Part shown: positions 28,863 to 37,894 of the stretch, in pieces
Layout: every line of letters starts with the position of its first letter
How positions within the stretch are numbered: position 1 is the stretch's first letter
Origin: Candidatus Rokubacteria bacterium GWA2_70_23
GTDB taxonomy: Bacteria > Methylomirabilota > Methylomirabilia > Rokubacteriales > CSP1-6
Length of the DNA stretch: 52,757 bases
Direction: 5' to 3'
Assembly: GCA_001788395.1 (NCBI GenBank)
Contig: MGBT01000190.1
Coordinates: forward strand, 186 to 52,942
Translations under genes and position numbers: made by a program
Notes under the pieces: generated by a model
Told to the model about the DNA's origin: nothing
What the model saw: only the letters and a program-made list of their open reading frames with translations
The model's database searches: none

Positions 28863-29990
28863 TCAGAGGCCGTGGAGCGGGAAGATCTTCTCCCGGATCG
28901 CCTGGACCTGGCGCATGGCGTACTCCTCGGCCCAGCGCCGCGTGTCCACCGGCAGCTCGGCGGGAGGATCCCACAGGGACATCGTCTCGAGGCCGAGCCG
29001 CTTCATGTCCGCGTGCGACTGCGGGGGCAGCTCGGGCGGCAGCGTGATCTCGTTCATCGCCGCCCAGGCGGCCGTCCACGCCCGGGCCACGTTGGGCAGA
29101 TCATAGCCCCCCCCGCCGAGCGCGACGACGCGCGGCCCCAGCTCGAGCAGACGCGTGACCGCGCGCGTAAAACCCTGGATGGACAGGCTCAGGTGGGTCA
29201 GGGGATCGGTCCGGTGGGAGTCGATGCCGAGCTGGAGCACCAGCACGTCGGGCCGGAAGGCGCGCAGCAGCGGCGGCACCACGGCCTCGAAGGCCGGCTC
29301 GTAGATCGCGTCGTCGGTGAAGGGCTGCAGCGGCAGGTTGACGGAACATCCGAGCCCCGCCTCCTGGCCCATCTCCTCCACGAACCCCGTGCCGGGGAAG
29401 AGCCGGTCGCCGCGCTCGTGGGTGGAGATGGTCAGCACGTTCGGATCGTCATAGAAGGCGAACTGCACGCCGTCGCCGTGGTGCGCGTCGATGTCCACGT
29501 AGGCCACGCGCAGCCCGCGCTGCCGGAGCGTCATGATGGCCAGCACCGCGTCGTTGACGTAGCAGAAGCCGCTGGCCCGGTCGCGCATCGCGTGGTGAAG
29601 CCCGCCCGCGAAGTGGAAGGCGCGGTCGGCCTCGCCCTCGGCCACGAGCGTCGCGGCCAGCAGCGAGCCGCCCGCCACGAGCTGCGCCGCGTCCCAGAGC
29701 CCCGGGAAGATCGGGTTGTCGCCCGGGCCGAGCCCATGGCGCGCGGCATGGGGCACCCAGTCGCCCGCGCTCACGGCACGGAGGATCTCGATGTACTCGC
29801 GCCCGTGGAAGCGCGCGACCGCCTCGATGTCCGCGGGCGCGGGCGAGCGGACCGTGACGCCGGACCGGGCCGTGAGGCCGTACCCCTCCATGAGGCGCCA
29901 GGTGAGCCCGAGGCGCTCCATGCGCAGCGGGTGCTCGGGGCCGTAGTCGAAACGGCGCCACTCGTCGGAGTAGATGACCGCCGTCTTCAT
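28863..29990 (-). CDS. acuC: Acetoin utilization protein AcuC / class I histone deacetylase family
   Basis: [39 protein letters not shown] and GGGGY. Confidence 0.9.
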   Translation of the reverse strand: MKTAVIYSDEWRRFDYGPEHPLRMERLGLTWRLMEGYGLTARSGVTVRSPAPADIEAVARFHGREYIEILRAVSAGDWVPHAARHGLGPGDNPIFPGLWDAAQLVAGGSLLAATLVAEGEADRAFHFAGGLHHAMRDRASGFCYVNDAVLAIMTLRQRGLRVAYVDIDAHHGDGVQFAFYDDPNVLTISTHERGDRLFPGTGFVEEMGQEAGLGCSVNLPLQPFTDDAIYEPAFEAVVPPLLRAFRPDVLVLQLGIDSHRTDPLTHLSLSIQGFTRAVTRLLELGPRVVALGGGGYDLPNVARAWTAAWAAMNEITLPPELPPQSHADMKRLGLETMSLWDPPAELPVDTRRWAEEYAMRQVQAIREKIFPLHGL

Positions 29991-30505
29991 TTCTTGGCGC
30001 GGGTGGTCCGGGTCCAGTGGCCGGACTTGCCGCCCGATTTCTCCACGAGGCAGAGATCGGTGAGGACCACGCCGCGGTCCACGGCCTTGACCATGTCGTA
30101 CACGGTGAGACCGGCCACGGCGGCCGCGGTGAGGGCTTCCATCTCGACGCCGGTCTTGTCCACGGTGCGCACCCGCGCCTCGACGGTGATGGACGAGCGC
30201 TTCGCGTCCAGGGCGAAGCGCAACTCCACTCCGGTGATCCTGAGCGGGTGGCAGAGGGGGATGAGGTCCGGCGTGCGCTTGGCCGCCATGATCCCGGCCG
30301 TGCGCGCCACGCCCAGCACGTCCCCCTTGGCCATCTGCCCGGCGCGGACGGCGGCCAGCGTGGCAGGGCGCATCGTGAGGGTGACCCGGGCGACAGCCTC
30401 GCGGACGGTCTCGGCCTTGGCCGAGACGTCCACCATGCGGGCGTCACCCGCCGGGGTGAGGTGGGAAAGGCCACGAAAACCGGGCCTCTCCCGGGAGGCG
30501 GTCAT
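29987..30505 (-). CDS. moaC: Cyclic pyranopterin monophosphate synthase MoaC
   Basis: [39 protein letters not shown] and KSGGKSG. Confidence 0.96.
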   Translation of the reverse strand: MTASRERPGFRGLSHLTPAGDARMVDVSAKAETVREAVARVTLTMRPATLAAVRAGQMAKGDVLGVARTAGIMAAKRTPDLIPLCHPLRITGVELRFALDAKRSSITVEARVRTVDKTGVEMEALTAAAVAGLTVYDMVKAVDRGVVLTDLCLVEKSGGKSGHWTRTTRAKK

Positions 30506-30530
30506 TGTCCGAGGTGCTCGGCGGGTCCCG

Positions 30531-30761
30531 TCAGGCGTGCGCGCCGGCCCGAGCCTGGCGCATGATGGCCTCCATCCGGTCCTTCGCGATGAGCTTGAGC
30601 TTCTTGAGCTCGCTGACCCGCCACTGCTGGTCCGTCGTGAGGAACCCGCGGGTGTTGAGCCCCGCCAGCTCCTCTTCATATTTCTTGTGCTCCTCCCGCA
30701 GCTTCCGGAACTCGTGGTTCTCGGCGGCCAGACGCTCGATCAGGGGCTCCGAGTCAGCCAT
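30531..30761 (-). CDS. DUF465 (YdcH-like) small coiled-coil protein
   Basis: [20 protein letters not shown] pattern. SD AAGGAGG. Confidence 0.8.
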   Translation of the reverse strand: MADSEPLIERLAAENHEFRKLREEHKKYEEELAGLNTRGFLTTDQQWRVSELKKLKLIAKDRMEAIMRQARAGAHA

Positions 30762-30816
30762 GCGGGGACCTCCTTGGAACGGGGTTCGAAACGTCGCGGC
30801 GACCTTTCTCATTACG

Positions 30817-30846
30817 CTTATACCCCCGGACATTCCGGGGCGTCAA
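30817..30846 (-). promoter_or_regulatory. Putative promoter TTGACG-N18-TATAAG with an inverted repeat in the spacer
   Basis: Hexamers at 30846-30841 and 30822-30817. A CCCCGGA-N3-TCCGGGG dyad lies between them. Confidence 0.45.
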
Positions 30847-30864
30847 GACCTGGGTGACGCGCTG

Positions 30865-31956
30865 TCACGCCTTGCGCGAGCGGAGCAGGTGCGGGGCCGT
30901 GGCCTTGAATTGCGCCGTCACGCTGACGCCCTCGGCCAGGTGCAATTCCTCGACGGAGCGATGGGTCACCAGCGCCGCCAGCGGAAACCCGCAGTCAATG
31001 ATGACGCGCACATGGGGACCGGAGGGGATCAAACGCACCACCCGGCCCGGGAGCCGGTTCCTGGCGCTCGAATGGGCGGCGGCGGGCCCGCCCGCGGCAA
31101 GAGTCACGTCCTCGGGGCGCAGGCAGAGCCGCACCCACTCGCCGGGCTCGGCGGGCTGCGCCACCTCGATGGTCCCCGGGCCCGCCTCCAGCAGCGACAG
31201 CGCTCCGTCGCGCCCGATCACGGGGCAGTGCAGGATCGTCTCCACACCGACGAAGCGCGCCACCTCCTCGGAGGCCGGGGCGCGGAAGACCTGGGCCGTC
31301 TCGTCCACCTGCAGCAGCCGCCCGTTCATGAGGACGGCCACGCGGTCGCCCAGCGCCAGCGCCTCCCCCCGATCGTGGGTCACGAGGACCGTGGTGATCC
31401 CCTCGGCGCGGAGGATCGCGCCCAGGTCCTCGATGAGCCCCTCGCGCGTCGGCTGGTCGAGCGCCGCGAACGGCTCGTCCAGGAGGAGCAGCTCGGGCTC
31501 CAGCACGAGCGCCCTGGCCAGCGCCACGCGCTGCGCCTCGCCGCCCGAGAGCGTCCGTGCCCGCCGCGCCGCAAGGGCGCCGATGCCGAAGCGATCGAGC
31601 CAGCGCGCCACGCGCGGGCCCAGCCCCGCGGCCTCCGCGGAGCGAAACCTGAGCCCCAGCGCCACGTTGTCCCGGACGCTGGCGTCGATGAGGAGCGGCT
31701 CCTGGAAAACGCTCGCCATCCGGCGTCTCACGGCGAGGCCGTGCCGCGGCGTCACCGGCTCGCCCCGGAACCGCACCTCGCCCGCGGTGGGCGCCTCCAG
31801 GAGGCCGATCACGCGGAGCAGGGTGGACTTGCCCGCGCCGTTGGGGCCGATCACCACCAGGATCTCGCCCGGCGCCACGGCCAGCGACGGCACCTCCAGC
31901 ACCGTCCGCGCGCCATGCGCCACCGCCACGCGCGCGCACTCGACCACGGCGCTCAT
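30865..31956 (-). CDS. tupC: ABC transporter ATPase with TOBE domain, TupC-like (tungstate)
   Basis: GPNGAGKS, LSGGEAQR, LLLDEP and C-terminal SSARN..FKATA TOBE. Context with tupA/tupB. Confidence 0.75.
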   Translation of the reverse strand: MSAVVECARVAVAHGARTVLEVPSLAVAPGEILVVIGPNGAGKSTLLRVIGLLEAPTAGEVRFRGEPVTPRHGLAVRRRMASVFQEPLLIDASVRDNVALGLRFRSAEAAGLGPRVARWLDRFGIGALAARRARTLSGGEAQRVALARALVLEPELLLLDEPFAALDQPTREGLIEDLGAILRAEGITTVLVTHDRGEALALGDRVAVLMNGRLLQVDETAQVFRAPASEEVARFVGVETILHCPVIGRDGALSLLEAGPGTIEVAQPAEPGEWVRLCLRPEDVTLAAGGPAAAHSSARNRLPGRVVRLIPSGPHVRVIIDCGFPLAALVTHRSVEELHLAEGVSVTAQFKATAPHLLRSRKA

Positions 31957-33074
31957 GCGTGGGGGAGCACGTGGATCGAGCCGCGGTGCATGGAGATCGC
32001 CCAGCGGTGCTCCCGGCCGATCTCGAGCATCTCGTGCACGAGGCGGGGCACCTCGATCTCCAGGTCGTAGGCCTCACGCGCGTGGGGCGCGGCGCCGTCC
32101 ACCGCGAAGGAGAGCGCCCACGTGGCGCCCTGGTCCACCTGGCCGACGACGCGCCCCTCCATCCGGTTCATGTAGTGCGTGGGGTCGGGCCCGGGCCGGT
32201 CCTTCCGGATGAGACGCACGTACTCGGGCCGGATGAAGAACACCACGGGCGTCCCCGGGGGCGGGAGCCAGCCGCGCGAGGGCGAGTTGATGGCCTCCAG
32301 CGTGTAGCCGCGCCAGCGAAGCTGGATGATCTCGGGCGTGGCCTTGAGCACCGTGCCGTCCAGGATGTTGCGCACACCCAGGAGGCGCGCCACCTGTGCG
32401 GAGGCCGGGCGCGAGAGCAGCTCGGACTTGGGGGCCGCCTGCACCACGCGCCCGTCATCGTAAATGACGATGCGCTCGGCGAGCTGGAAGGCCTCGGTGA
32501 GGTCGTGGGTGACGAGCACGGTCGGGACGCCCCACTCGCTCACGATCTGCATGAGCTCCTCGCGCAGCAGGCGCCGGAGCGGCGCGTCCAGGGCCGACAG
32601 CGGCTCGTCGAGGAGCAGCAGCCCCGGGTCCACCGCCAGCGCGCGCCCCAGCGCCACCCGTTGCTGCTGGCCGCCGGACAGCTCCCGCGGCCGGCGGCGC
32701 GCCTGCCCCCCAAGGCCGAGGCGATCCATCACCTCGGCGACGCGCCGGTGCCGAGCCCCCCGGGCCAGCGCGCGCAGGCCGTAGCCCACGTTGTCCTCCA
32801 CGCTGAGGTGAGGGAAGAGCGCGTAGCCCTGGAAGACGTAGCCGAGCCGGCGCTCCTGCGGGCGCACGTTGATGCCCCTGGCGCTGTCGAAGAAGACCCG
32901 GCCGGCCACCACGATCCGCCCCTGGTCGGGGCGCACGAGCCCGGCCAGCGACTGGAGCGTGAGCGTCTTGCCGGCGCCCGAGGGACCGAAGAGTGCCACG
33001 ACCTTCTCGCCAGCCTCCCAGGTGACATCCAGCGAGAACCCCGGCAGCGCTGTCTTGATCGAGAGGGAGAGCAT
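31953..33074 (-). CDS. modC: Molybdate ABC transporter ATPase
   Basis: FGPSGAGKT, GYVFQGYALFPHL and LSGGQQQR. Follows modB. Confidence 0.82.
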   Translation of the reverse strand: MLSLSIKTALPGFSLDVTWEAGEKVVALFGPSGAGKTLTLQSLAGLVRPDQGRIVVAGRVFFDSARGINVRPQERRLGYVFQGYALFPHLSVEDNVGYGLRALARGARHRRVAEVMDRLGLGGQARRRPRELSGGQQQRVALGRALAVDPGLLLLDEPLSALDAPLRRLLREELMQIVSEWGVPTVLVTHDLTEAFQLAERIVIYDDGRVVQAAPKSELLSRPASAQVARLLGVRNILDGTVLKATPEIIQLRWRGYTLEAINSPSRGWLPPPGTPVVFFIRPEYVRLIRKDRPGPDPTHYMNRMEGRVVGQVDQGATWALSFAVDGAAPHAREAYDLEIEVPRLVHEMLEIGREHRWAISMHRGSIHVLPHA

Positions 33075-33081
33075 CAGCCGC

Positions 33082-33738
33082 CTAGAAGCGGAGCCGCGCC
33101 AGCCGGCCGAGACCCATGAGGAGCACCGTCACGCCCGCCACTGCCAGGAGCGCCAGCGCATTGGCCTCGGCCATGCGGTTCTGCTGAACGTGGTCGTAGA
33201 TGGCGAGCGGCAGCGTCTGGGTGAGCCCCGGGATGCTCCCCGCCACCATCAGCGTGATGCCGAAGTCTCCCAGCGCGCGGCAGAAGGCGAGCACCGTGCC
33301 GGCCACCACCGAGCGCCAGGCCAGCGGCAGACTGATGGACCAGAAGATGCCCCACTCCGAGCGCCCGAGCGTGCGCGCGGCCTGCTCGAGCCGCTCATCC
33401 ACCGACTCGAACCCGGCCTGCGCGGCCTTGATGAGGAGCGCGATGGAGCCGACACACGCGGCAAGGACGGCGGCCCGCCAAGTGAACGCCAGCTCGATGC
33501 CGGCGGCGTCGAAGGCGCGGCCCACGGGTCCGCGGCGGGCGATCAGGAGCAGGAGGTAGTAGCCGAGCACCGTGGGCGGCAGCACCAGGGGCAGCACCAC
33601 CGCGGCCTCCAGCAGATCGCGCCCGGGGAAGCGCCGGCGCGCCAGCGCCCAGGCAAGCGGCAGCCCGATGGCGAGCGTGAGCAGGGTGGCCAGTCCGGCG
33701 ACCCGGAGGGACAGCCAGACGGGGAAGAGGTCGGGCAC
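33082..33738 (-). CDS. modB: Molybdate ABC transporter permease
   Basis: LSLRVA, LPLVLPPTVLGYYLL, EQAARTLG, RALGDFG and TQTLPLAIY. Confidence 0.93.
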   Translation of the reverse strand: MPDLFPVWLSLRVAGLATLLTLAIGLPLAWALARRRFPGRDLLEAAVVLPLVLPPTVLGYYLLLLIARRGPVGRAFDAAGIELAFTWRAAVLAACVGSIALLIKAAQAGFESVDERLEQAARTLGRSEWGIFWSISLPLAWRSVVAGTVLAFCRALGDFGITLMVAGSIPGLTQTLPLAIYDHVQQNRMAEANALALLAVAGVTVLLMGLGRLARLRF

Positions 33739-33741
33739 GGC

Positions 33742-34518
33742 TCAGGACTCTCCCGGAACGAGAAAGCCGTAGCGCTTCATGATCGGCCGGCCCTCCGTCC
33801 CCTGGACGAGCTGGAGGAAGGCGAGGCCGAGCTCCGGCCGGCCGCTGCGCCTCACCACCGCCGCCATCTGGTCGAGCGGCCCGTGCAGACGCGGGTCAAT
33901 GAGGACGACGTCCACCTCGGGGACGGAGGCGATGGAGAGCGCCACGATGGCGGCCTCCACGGCGCCTGCCTGGAGGAGCTGGAGCGTGTGGCGGATGTTC
34001 TCGCCGTAGACGAGCCGAGGCCGGAGCCGCTCCCAGAGCCCGAGCGCCTGGAGCGCCTCCTTCGCCGCGCGCCCGTAGGGAGCGTGATCCGGATTGGCGA
34101 TGGCGAGACGGCGCACCTCGGGACGGAGAAGGTCGCCCAGCTCCCGGAGCGCCACCCCCGCCCTCTTCGAAACGGCCAGGACGATGCGTCCCTGGGCGTA
34201 CAGCGACTGCGTCTCGGGGATGATCGCGCCGGCCCGGGCGAGATCGTCCACCAGCGCGCGGTCGGCGGAGAAGAAGACATCCGCGGGCGCCCCGTGCTCG
34301 ATCTGGCGCGCCAGCAGCCCGCTCGACCCGAGCACGAGAGTCACCCGCACTCCGCTCCGCTGCTCGAAGAGTGGCACGACTTCCTTGAAGGCGAAGGCCA
34401 GATCGGCGGCCGCGAACACGGTGATCGCTCGCCTGGCCGGCTGCGCCGCCGCCTGGCCCGTGAGCGAGGGCATGGCCCATAGCACGGCCGCGGCGGCGAG
34501 CGTCCAGAATCGCCACAT
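33742..34518 (-). CDS. modA: Molybdate ABC transporter substrate-binding protein
   Basis: Signal peptide, VFAAADL, GSSG.LARQIEHGAPADVF.SA, AIANP.HAPYG and GENI. Confidence 0.93.
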   Translation of the reverse strand: MWRFWTLAAAAVLWAMPSLTGQAAAQPARRAITVFAAADLAFAFKEVVPLFEQRSGVRVTLVLGSSGLLARQIEHGAPADVFFSADRALVDDLARAGAIIPETQSLYAQGRIVLAVSKRAGVALRELGDLLRPEVRRLAIANPDHAPYGRAAKEALQALGLWERLRPRLVYGENIRHTLQLLQAGAVEAAIVALSIASVPEVDVVLIDPRLHGPLDQMAAVVRRSGRPELGLAFLQLVQGTEGRPIMKRYGFLVPGES

Positions 34519-34528
34519 GGTGGTCTCG

Positions 34529-34557
34529 ATTGTGCGAGGCGACACCGGCCGCGTCAA
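34529..34557 (-). promoter_or_regulatory. Putative internal promoter for modABC (TTGACG-N17-CACAAT)
   Basis: Near-consensus hexamers with 17-bp spacing, 10 nt before the modA ATG. Confidence 0.55.
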
Positions 34558-34607
34558 CCGCCATGCCTGCACCTCGCGCCAGGCCATGGTCCCGGGGCTC
34601 TCCCATC

Positions 34608-34634
34608 TGCGGGGGCCCAGAGATGGCCCCCGCA
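34608..34634. repeat. 10-bp-stem hairpin TGCGGGGGCC-N7-GGCCCCCGCA between tupB and modA (REP-like or attenuator)
   Basis: Perfect inverted repeat with no U-tract. Confidence 0.5.
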
Positions 34635-34661
34635 CTCCCCCGGCGCAGCGCCCCCGCGGGC

Positions 34662-35357
34662 TCACCCGCGGGGGCGCTGCTGGATCCACGTGAGCGCCCA
34701 GTTCACGAGGAAGGTGAGGAGGAGCAGGATCACCGACAGCGCGATGGCGATGTCGAAGTTCCCCTTGCTCGTCTCGAGGACGGTGGCCGTCGTGAGCACG
34801 CGCGTGGAGCCCTTGATGTTGCCGCCCACCATGAGGGAGGCCCCCACCTCGGAGATGACGCCGCCGAAGCCGGCCATCACCGCCGCCAGCATGGGCAGCC
34901 GGGCCTCGCGCAGGAGCGCGCCGACCATCTGCGCGCGCGAGGCGCCGAGGGCCAGCATCTGCAGCCGGAACGCCGCGGGGATCTGCTGGACGGCGGCGAG
35001 CGTGAGACCGGTCACGATGGGCGCGGCGATCACCATCTGCGCCAGCACCATCGCCAGCGGCGTGTAGAGCATCTCGAGGAACCCCAGGGCGCCGTTCCGC
35101 CACAAGAGAATCGTCACGAAGAGGCCGACGACGACGGGCGGCAGCCCCATGCCCGTGTTCACCAGGCTGACGGCGAGCGCGCGGCCCGGAAAGCGCGCGA
35201 GCGCGAGCACGGTCCCCAGCGGGATGCCGATCAGCAGCGACAGCGCGGTCGCGCTCCCCGAGATCTCGAGCGACAGGAGCGTGATCCGCCACACCTCGGG
35301 ATCGCCCGTCAGGAGAAGGCGGAGCGCCTCGATCACGCCCTGGAAGAACAGGCTCAC
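34662..35357 (-). CDS. tupB: Tungstate ABC transporter permease
   Basis: NTGMGLPPVVVGL, LYTP.AM..AQ, ISEVGA..MVGGNI..TRVLTTA.VLETSKG. Confidence 0.92.
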   Translation of the reverse strand: MSLFFQGVIEALRLLLTGDPEVWRITLLSLEISGSATALSLLIGIPLGTVLALARFPGRALAVSLVNTGMGLPPVVVGLFVTILLWRNGALGFLEMLYTPLAMVLAQMVIAAPIVTGLTLAAVQQIPAAFRLQMLALGASRAQMVGALLREARLPMLAAVMAGFGGVISEVGASLMVGGNIKGSTRVLTTATVLETSKGNFDIAIALSVILLLLTFLVNWALTWIQQRPRG

Positions 35358-35405
35358 GTCGCTGGGTTCCGTGGCAAGCGTCCCACCACGCGGGGCTTGA
35401 TCGTG

Positions 35406-35948
35406 CTACTGCTTCCGCTCTCGCTTGGCCTGCTTGTTCAGGGCTGGCCCTGGCCCATCGTGCTCCAGCGCCAGAAGCACCAGCGGGAGATCCTCCGCTC
35501 GTGCCTCCCTTATGTGGCGCTTGGCATCAGACACCCTGGGGCCCCGATCTGTCAGAAAGACCCCGAGCTTGTCGCTCGGGACGACCAGCACACCCACGTC
35601 GATCTTCCCCTTCTCCAGTGCCTTCCTGAGGTGGATCACGTCGATGACGAGAAGGTCGCTCCTCGCGGACATCTGGATCTCAACCCCGAGACAGACACGT
35701 GTGCCATTGACGGTGTGGCACTTGGTCCAGTCGATGTCTCCGCTCTTGACGCCAGCCCAGGACTTCGGGAACCGCTCGTCGATCAGTCGGCGCACGGCGG
35801 CCCCACCATTCGCGTCACGCTCTTCCTTCACCAGGAGAGGTACACCTCGGAGGATGCTCCGCAGCTCTTCGAGGAGAGGACTGAGACCCAGGCGCTCTAT
35901 GCGCTCGCGAGCCCCATCATAGTGGTGCTCCTCCACGATCTTCGCCAC
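35406..35948 (-). CDS. Putative type II restriction endonuclease, BglII/BstYI-like PD-(D/E)xK fold
   Basis: DIDWTK..GVEIQ (D..ExQ catalytic pattern) and IDVGVLVVP. Starts immediately after the MTase stop. Confidence 0.65.
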   Translation of the reverse strand: MAKIVEEHHYDGARERIERLGLSPLLEELRSILRGVPLLVKEERDANGGAAVRRLIDERFPKSWAGVKSGDIDWTKCHTVNGTRVCLGVEIQMSARSDLLVIDVIHLRKALEKGKIDVGVLVVPSDKLGVFLTDRGPRVSDAKRHIREARAEDLPLVLLALEHDGPGPALNKQAKRERKQ

Positions 35949-36806
35949 TCAGGGCACGACCAAGGTGAACTTCGGATCTGGCCGCTTGAAGACACGCTGT
36001 AGCGTCACAGGGGAGGCGGGCTTCAGATCGGGGACATGTCGCCTGAACCGATCCCGAATGGCGGCGCTGGTCGCTATCTCAGTGCCAAGCCAGTGACGCT
36101 TCAACCCCTCAGCAGCTTCATACGTCGAGCCGCCGCCGCCGAATGGGTCAAGCACGATGTCCCCCTCGTTGGTCGCAACCTGGATGCAGCGGCTGGGAAT
36201 CATCGGCTTCAGCTCATTGATGTGCCACCGGGCCTTGAATTTCTGGTGCCTCGCGGGTGAAGTGTCGTCCCAGAAGTCGGTGAGGTTGAGTCCAAGCGGA
36301 TTCAGGTACTTGCGATGGCCGCCGTAATCCTTCACGTCCTTCCCACAGTGACGACACACCGGCACCGGCAGTCGAACGTGATTGAAGACCCTCGGCTCTC
36401 CCTTGGTGAAGTAGAGGAGGGTGTAATGCGCCGGGTACAGCTTGCGGCCGCGCGGGAAGGTGCCTTTCATCGACAACGCGATCCAATGGCGAAAGAGCAT
36501 TCCCCGCTCTTCGATGTGCGAGGCCAGATGGTAGCCCCATTGCGGGAGGATGTACACGAACAGCGCGCCACCGGGCGTCAGCAGTCGAACACACTCGTCG
36601 AGCCAGGCAAATGACCACTTGAGATAATCACGCTTCTCGAGCGCGTCCTTCATGGCGCCGCGACCGTAATCTTTGCCGAGATTGAATGGCGGGTCCGCAA
36701 AGACGCAGTGGATGGACTCCTCTTTGAGGGCCGAAAACAGGTTGAAGCAATCCGTGCCGTAGAGGAGTCCCAGGTGGGTTGAAAGCTGCGGAGCGAGGCG
36801 CTTCAC
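35949..36806 (-). CDS. Site-specific DNA methyltransferase, beta-class N4-C/N6-A (M.BamHI-like)
   Basis: FADPPFN (motif IV) precedes VLDPFGGGGST (motif I). FRHWIA..LYPAHY..CRHC..KDYGG pattern. GTG 36806 has SD GGAGGAG (alternative ATG 36962). Confidence 0.88.
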   Translation of the reverse strand: MKRLAPQLSTHLGLLYGTDCFNLFSALKEESIHCVFADPPFNLGKDYGRGAMKDALEKRDYLKWSFAWLDECVRLLTPGGALFVYILPQWGYHLASHIEERGMLFRHWIALSMKGTFPRGRKLYPAHYTLLYFTKGEPRVFNHVRLPVPVCRHCGKDVKDYGGHRKYLNPLGLNLTDFWDDTSPARHQKFKARWHINELKPMIPSRCIQVATNEGDIVLDPFGGGGSTYEAAEGLKRHWLGTEIATSAAIRDRFRRHVPDLKPASPVTLQRVFKRPDPKFTLVVP

Positions 36807-37032
36807 GCCCGTCTCCTCCCCGAGAGGAGCGAGCCCGGCGTCACCATGGTCAAGCCCCTCGGTGACAGCCTGAGTCTCAAGGGCATGCGAAAGACTAGCA
36901 CGAGCCTCGCGATTGTCACAAGGCAGCGGGAGGCTGAGCTGACGTCGCGCCCTCCGATCCATGTCGACGCCACCGTAGCTCGCCCAACCGATCCTGCATA
37001 CTGTGCAATGGTGGATACAGCAGGTCGACGCT

Positions 37033-37890
37033 CTAAAGGTCGGCGTCGGTTTTCCCGGCGGCGGGGACAAAGAGCGGCTGGCCGTACTGAGCCTCCCCGA
37101 ATACCTTGATGGCCGCCTGGGCCTCCGACGACAGCATGAAATCGGCGAAGGCCTTTCCCCCGGCAGCGTTCACCCGCGGCCCGCTGGCCGGGGCGACCTC
37201 CAGGACCGAGTAGAGGTTGAGGAGCGGCCGGTCCTTCTCCACGAGAATCGGCAGGCTGATCCGCTTCCGGAAGGCGAGCCAGGTGGCGCGGTCCGTCAGC
37301 GTGTAGGCCCGGCGGTCATCGGCGATGGCGAGGGTCTGGCCCATTCCCTGGCCCGACTCGATGTACCAGGCGCCCCGGGGCTCGATGGCCGCCTGCTGCC
37401 AGAGCGCGATCTCGATGGTGTGGGTGCCCGACCTGTCGCCGCGCGACACGAACCGCGACCGGCTCACGGCGATGCGCCTCATGGCGTCGACCGCCTGGTG
37501 GAGCCCCCTGATCGCCGCCGGGTCCTCGGCCGGGCCGATGAGGACGAAGTCGTTGTACATGACCAGGCGCCGGCGGAGCAGCCGGCCCTCGTCGACGTAC
37601 TTCCTCTCTCGGGCCGGGGCATGCGCGAGCGTCACATCCGCCTCGCCCCGGGCCGCCAGGGCCAGCGCCTGCCCCGTGCCCACCGATATCGTCTTCACCG
37701 TCAGCCCCGTCCTCTTCTCGAACATGGGCACGAGCACGTCCAGCAGGCCGGAGTCCTGCAGACTCGTCGTGGTGGCCAGGATGACGGTGATCGAGACCGC
37801 CGCGCTCGGCTCGGCGAGCCCCGTCAGCAGGGCGCCCGCCAGGAGGACAGCCCGCGCGAGCCTCCGCCACGCCCAGGCCAGGGCCCCCAT
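37033..37890 (-). CDS. tupA: Tungstate ABC transporter substrate-binding protein
   Basis: LATTTS.QDSGLL signature, GTGQAL, HAP, MYNDF, FVSRGDRSGTH, GQGMG and YTLTDRAT. Confidence 0.95.
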   Translation of the reverse strand: MGALAWAWRRLARAVLLAGALLTGLAEPSAAVSITVILATTTSLQDSGLLDVLVPMFEKRTGLTVKTISVGTGQALALAARGEADVTLAHAPARERKYVDEGRLLRRRLVMYNDFVLIGPAEDPAAIRGLHQAVDAMRRIAVSRSRFVSRGDRSGTHTIEIALWQQAAIEPRGAWYIESGQGMGQTLAIADDRRAYTLTDRATWLAFRKRISLPILVEKDRPLLNLYSVLEVAPASGPRVNAAGGKAFADFMLSSEAQAAIKVFGEAQYGQPLFVPAAGKTDADL

Positions 37891-37894
37891 GGGC

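Noticed and set aside
34519-34661. Moco/tungsten riboswitch or ModE box before modA
   Set aside because: No matching consensus was recognised, and the predicted promoter leaves almost no leader.
36807-37032. Controller (C) protein or att/TSD around the R-M cassette
   Set aside because: No HTH-like ORF is present. The only repeat noticed (GTCGACGC twice) is short and does not flank the cassette.
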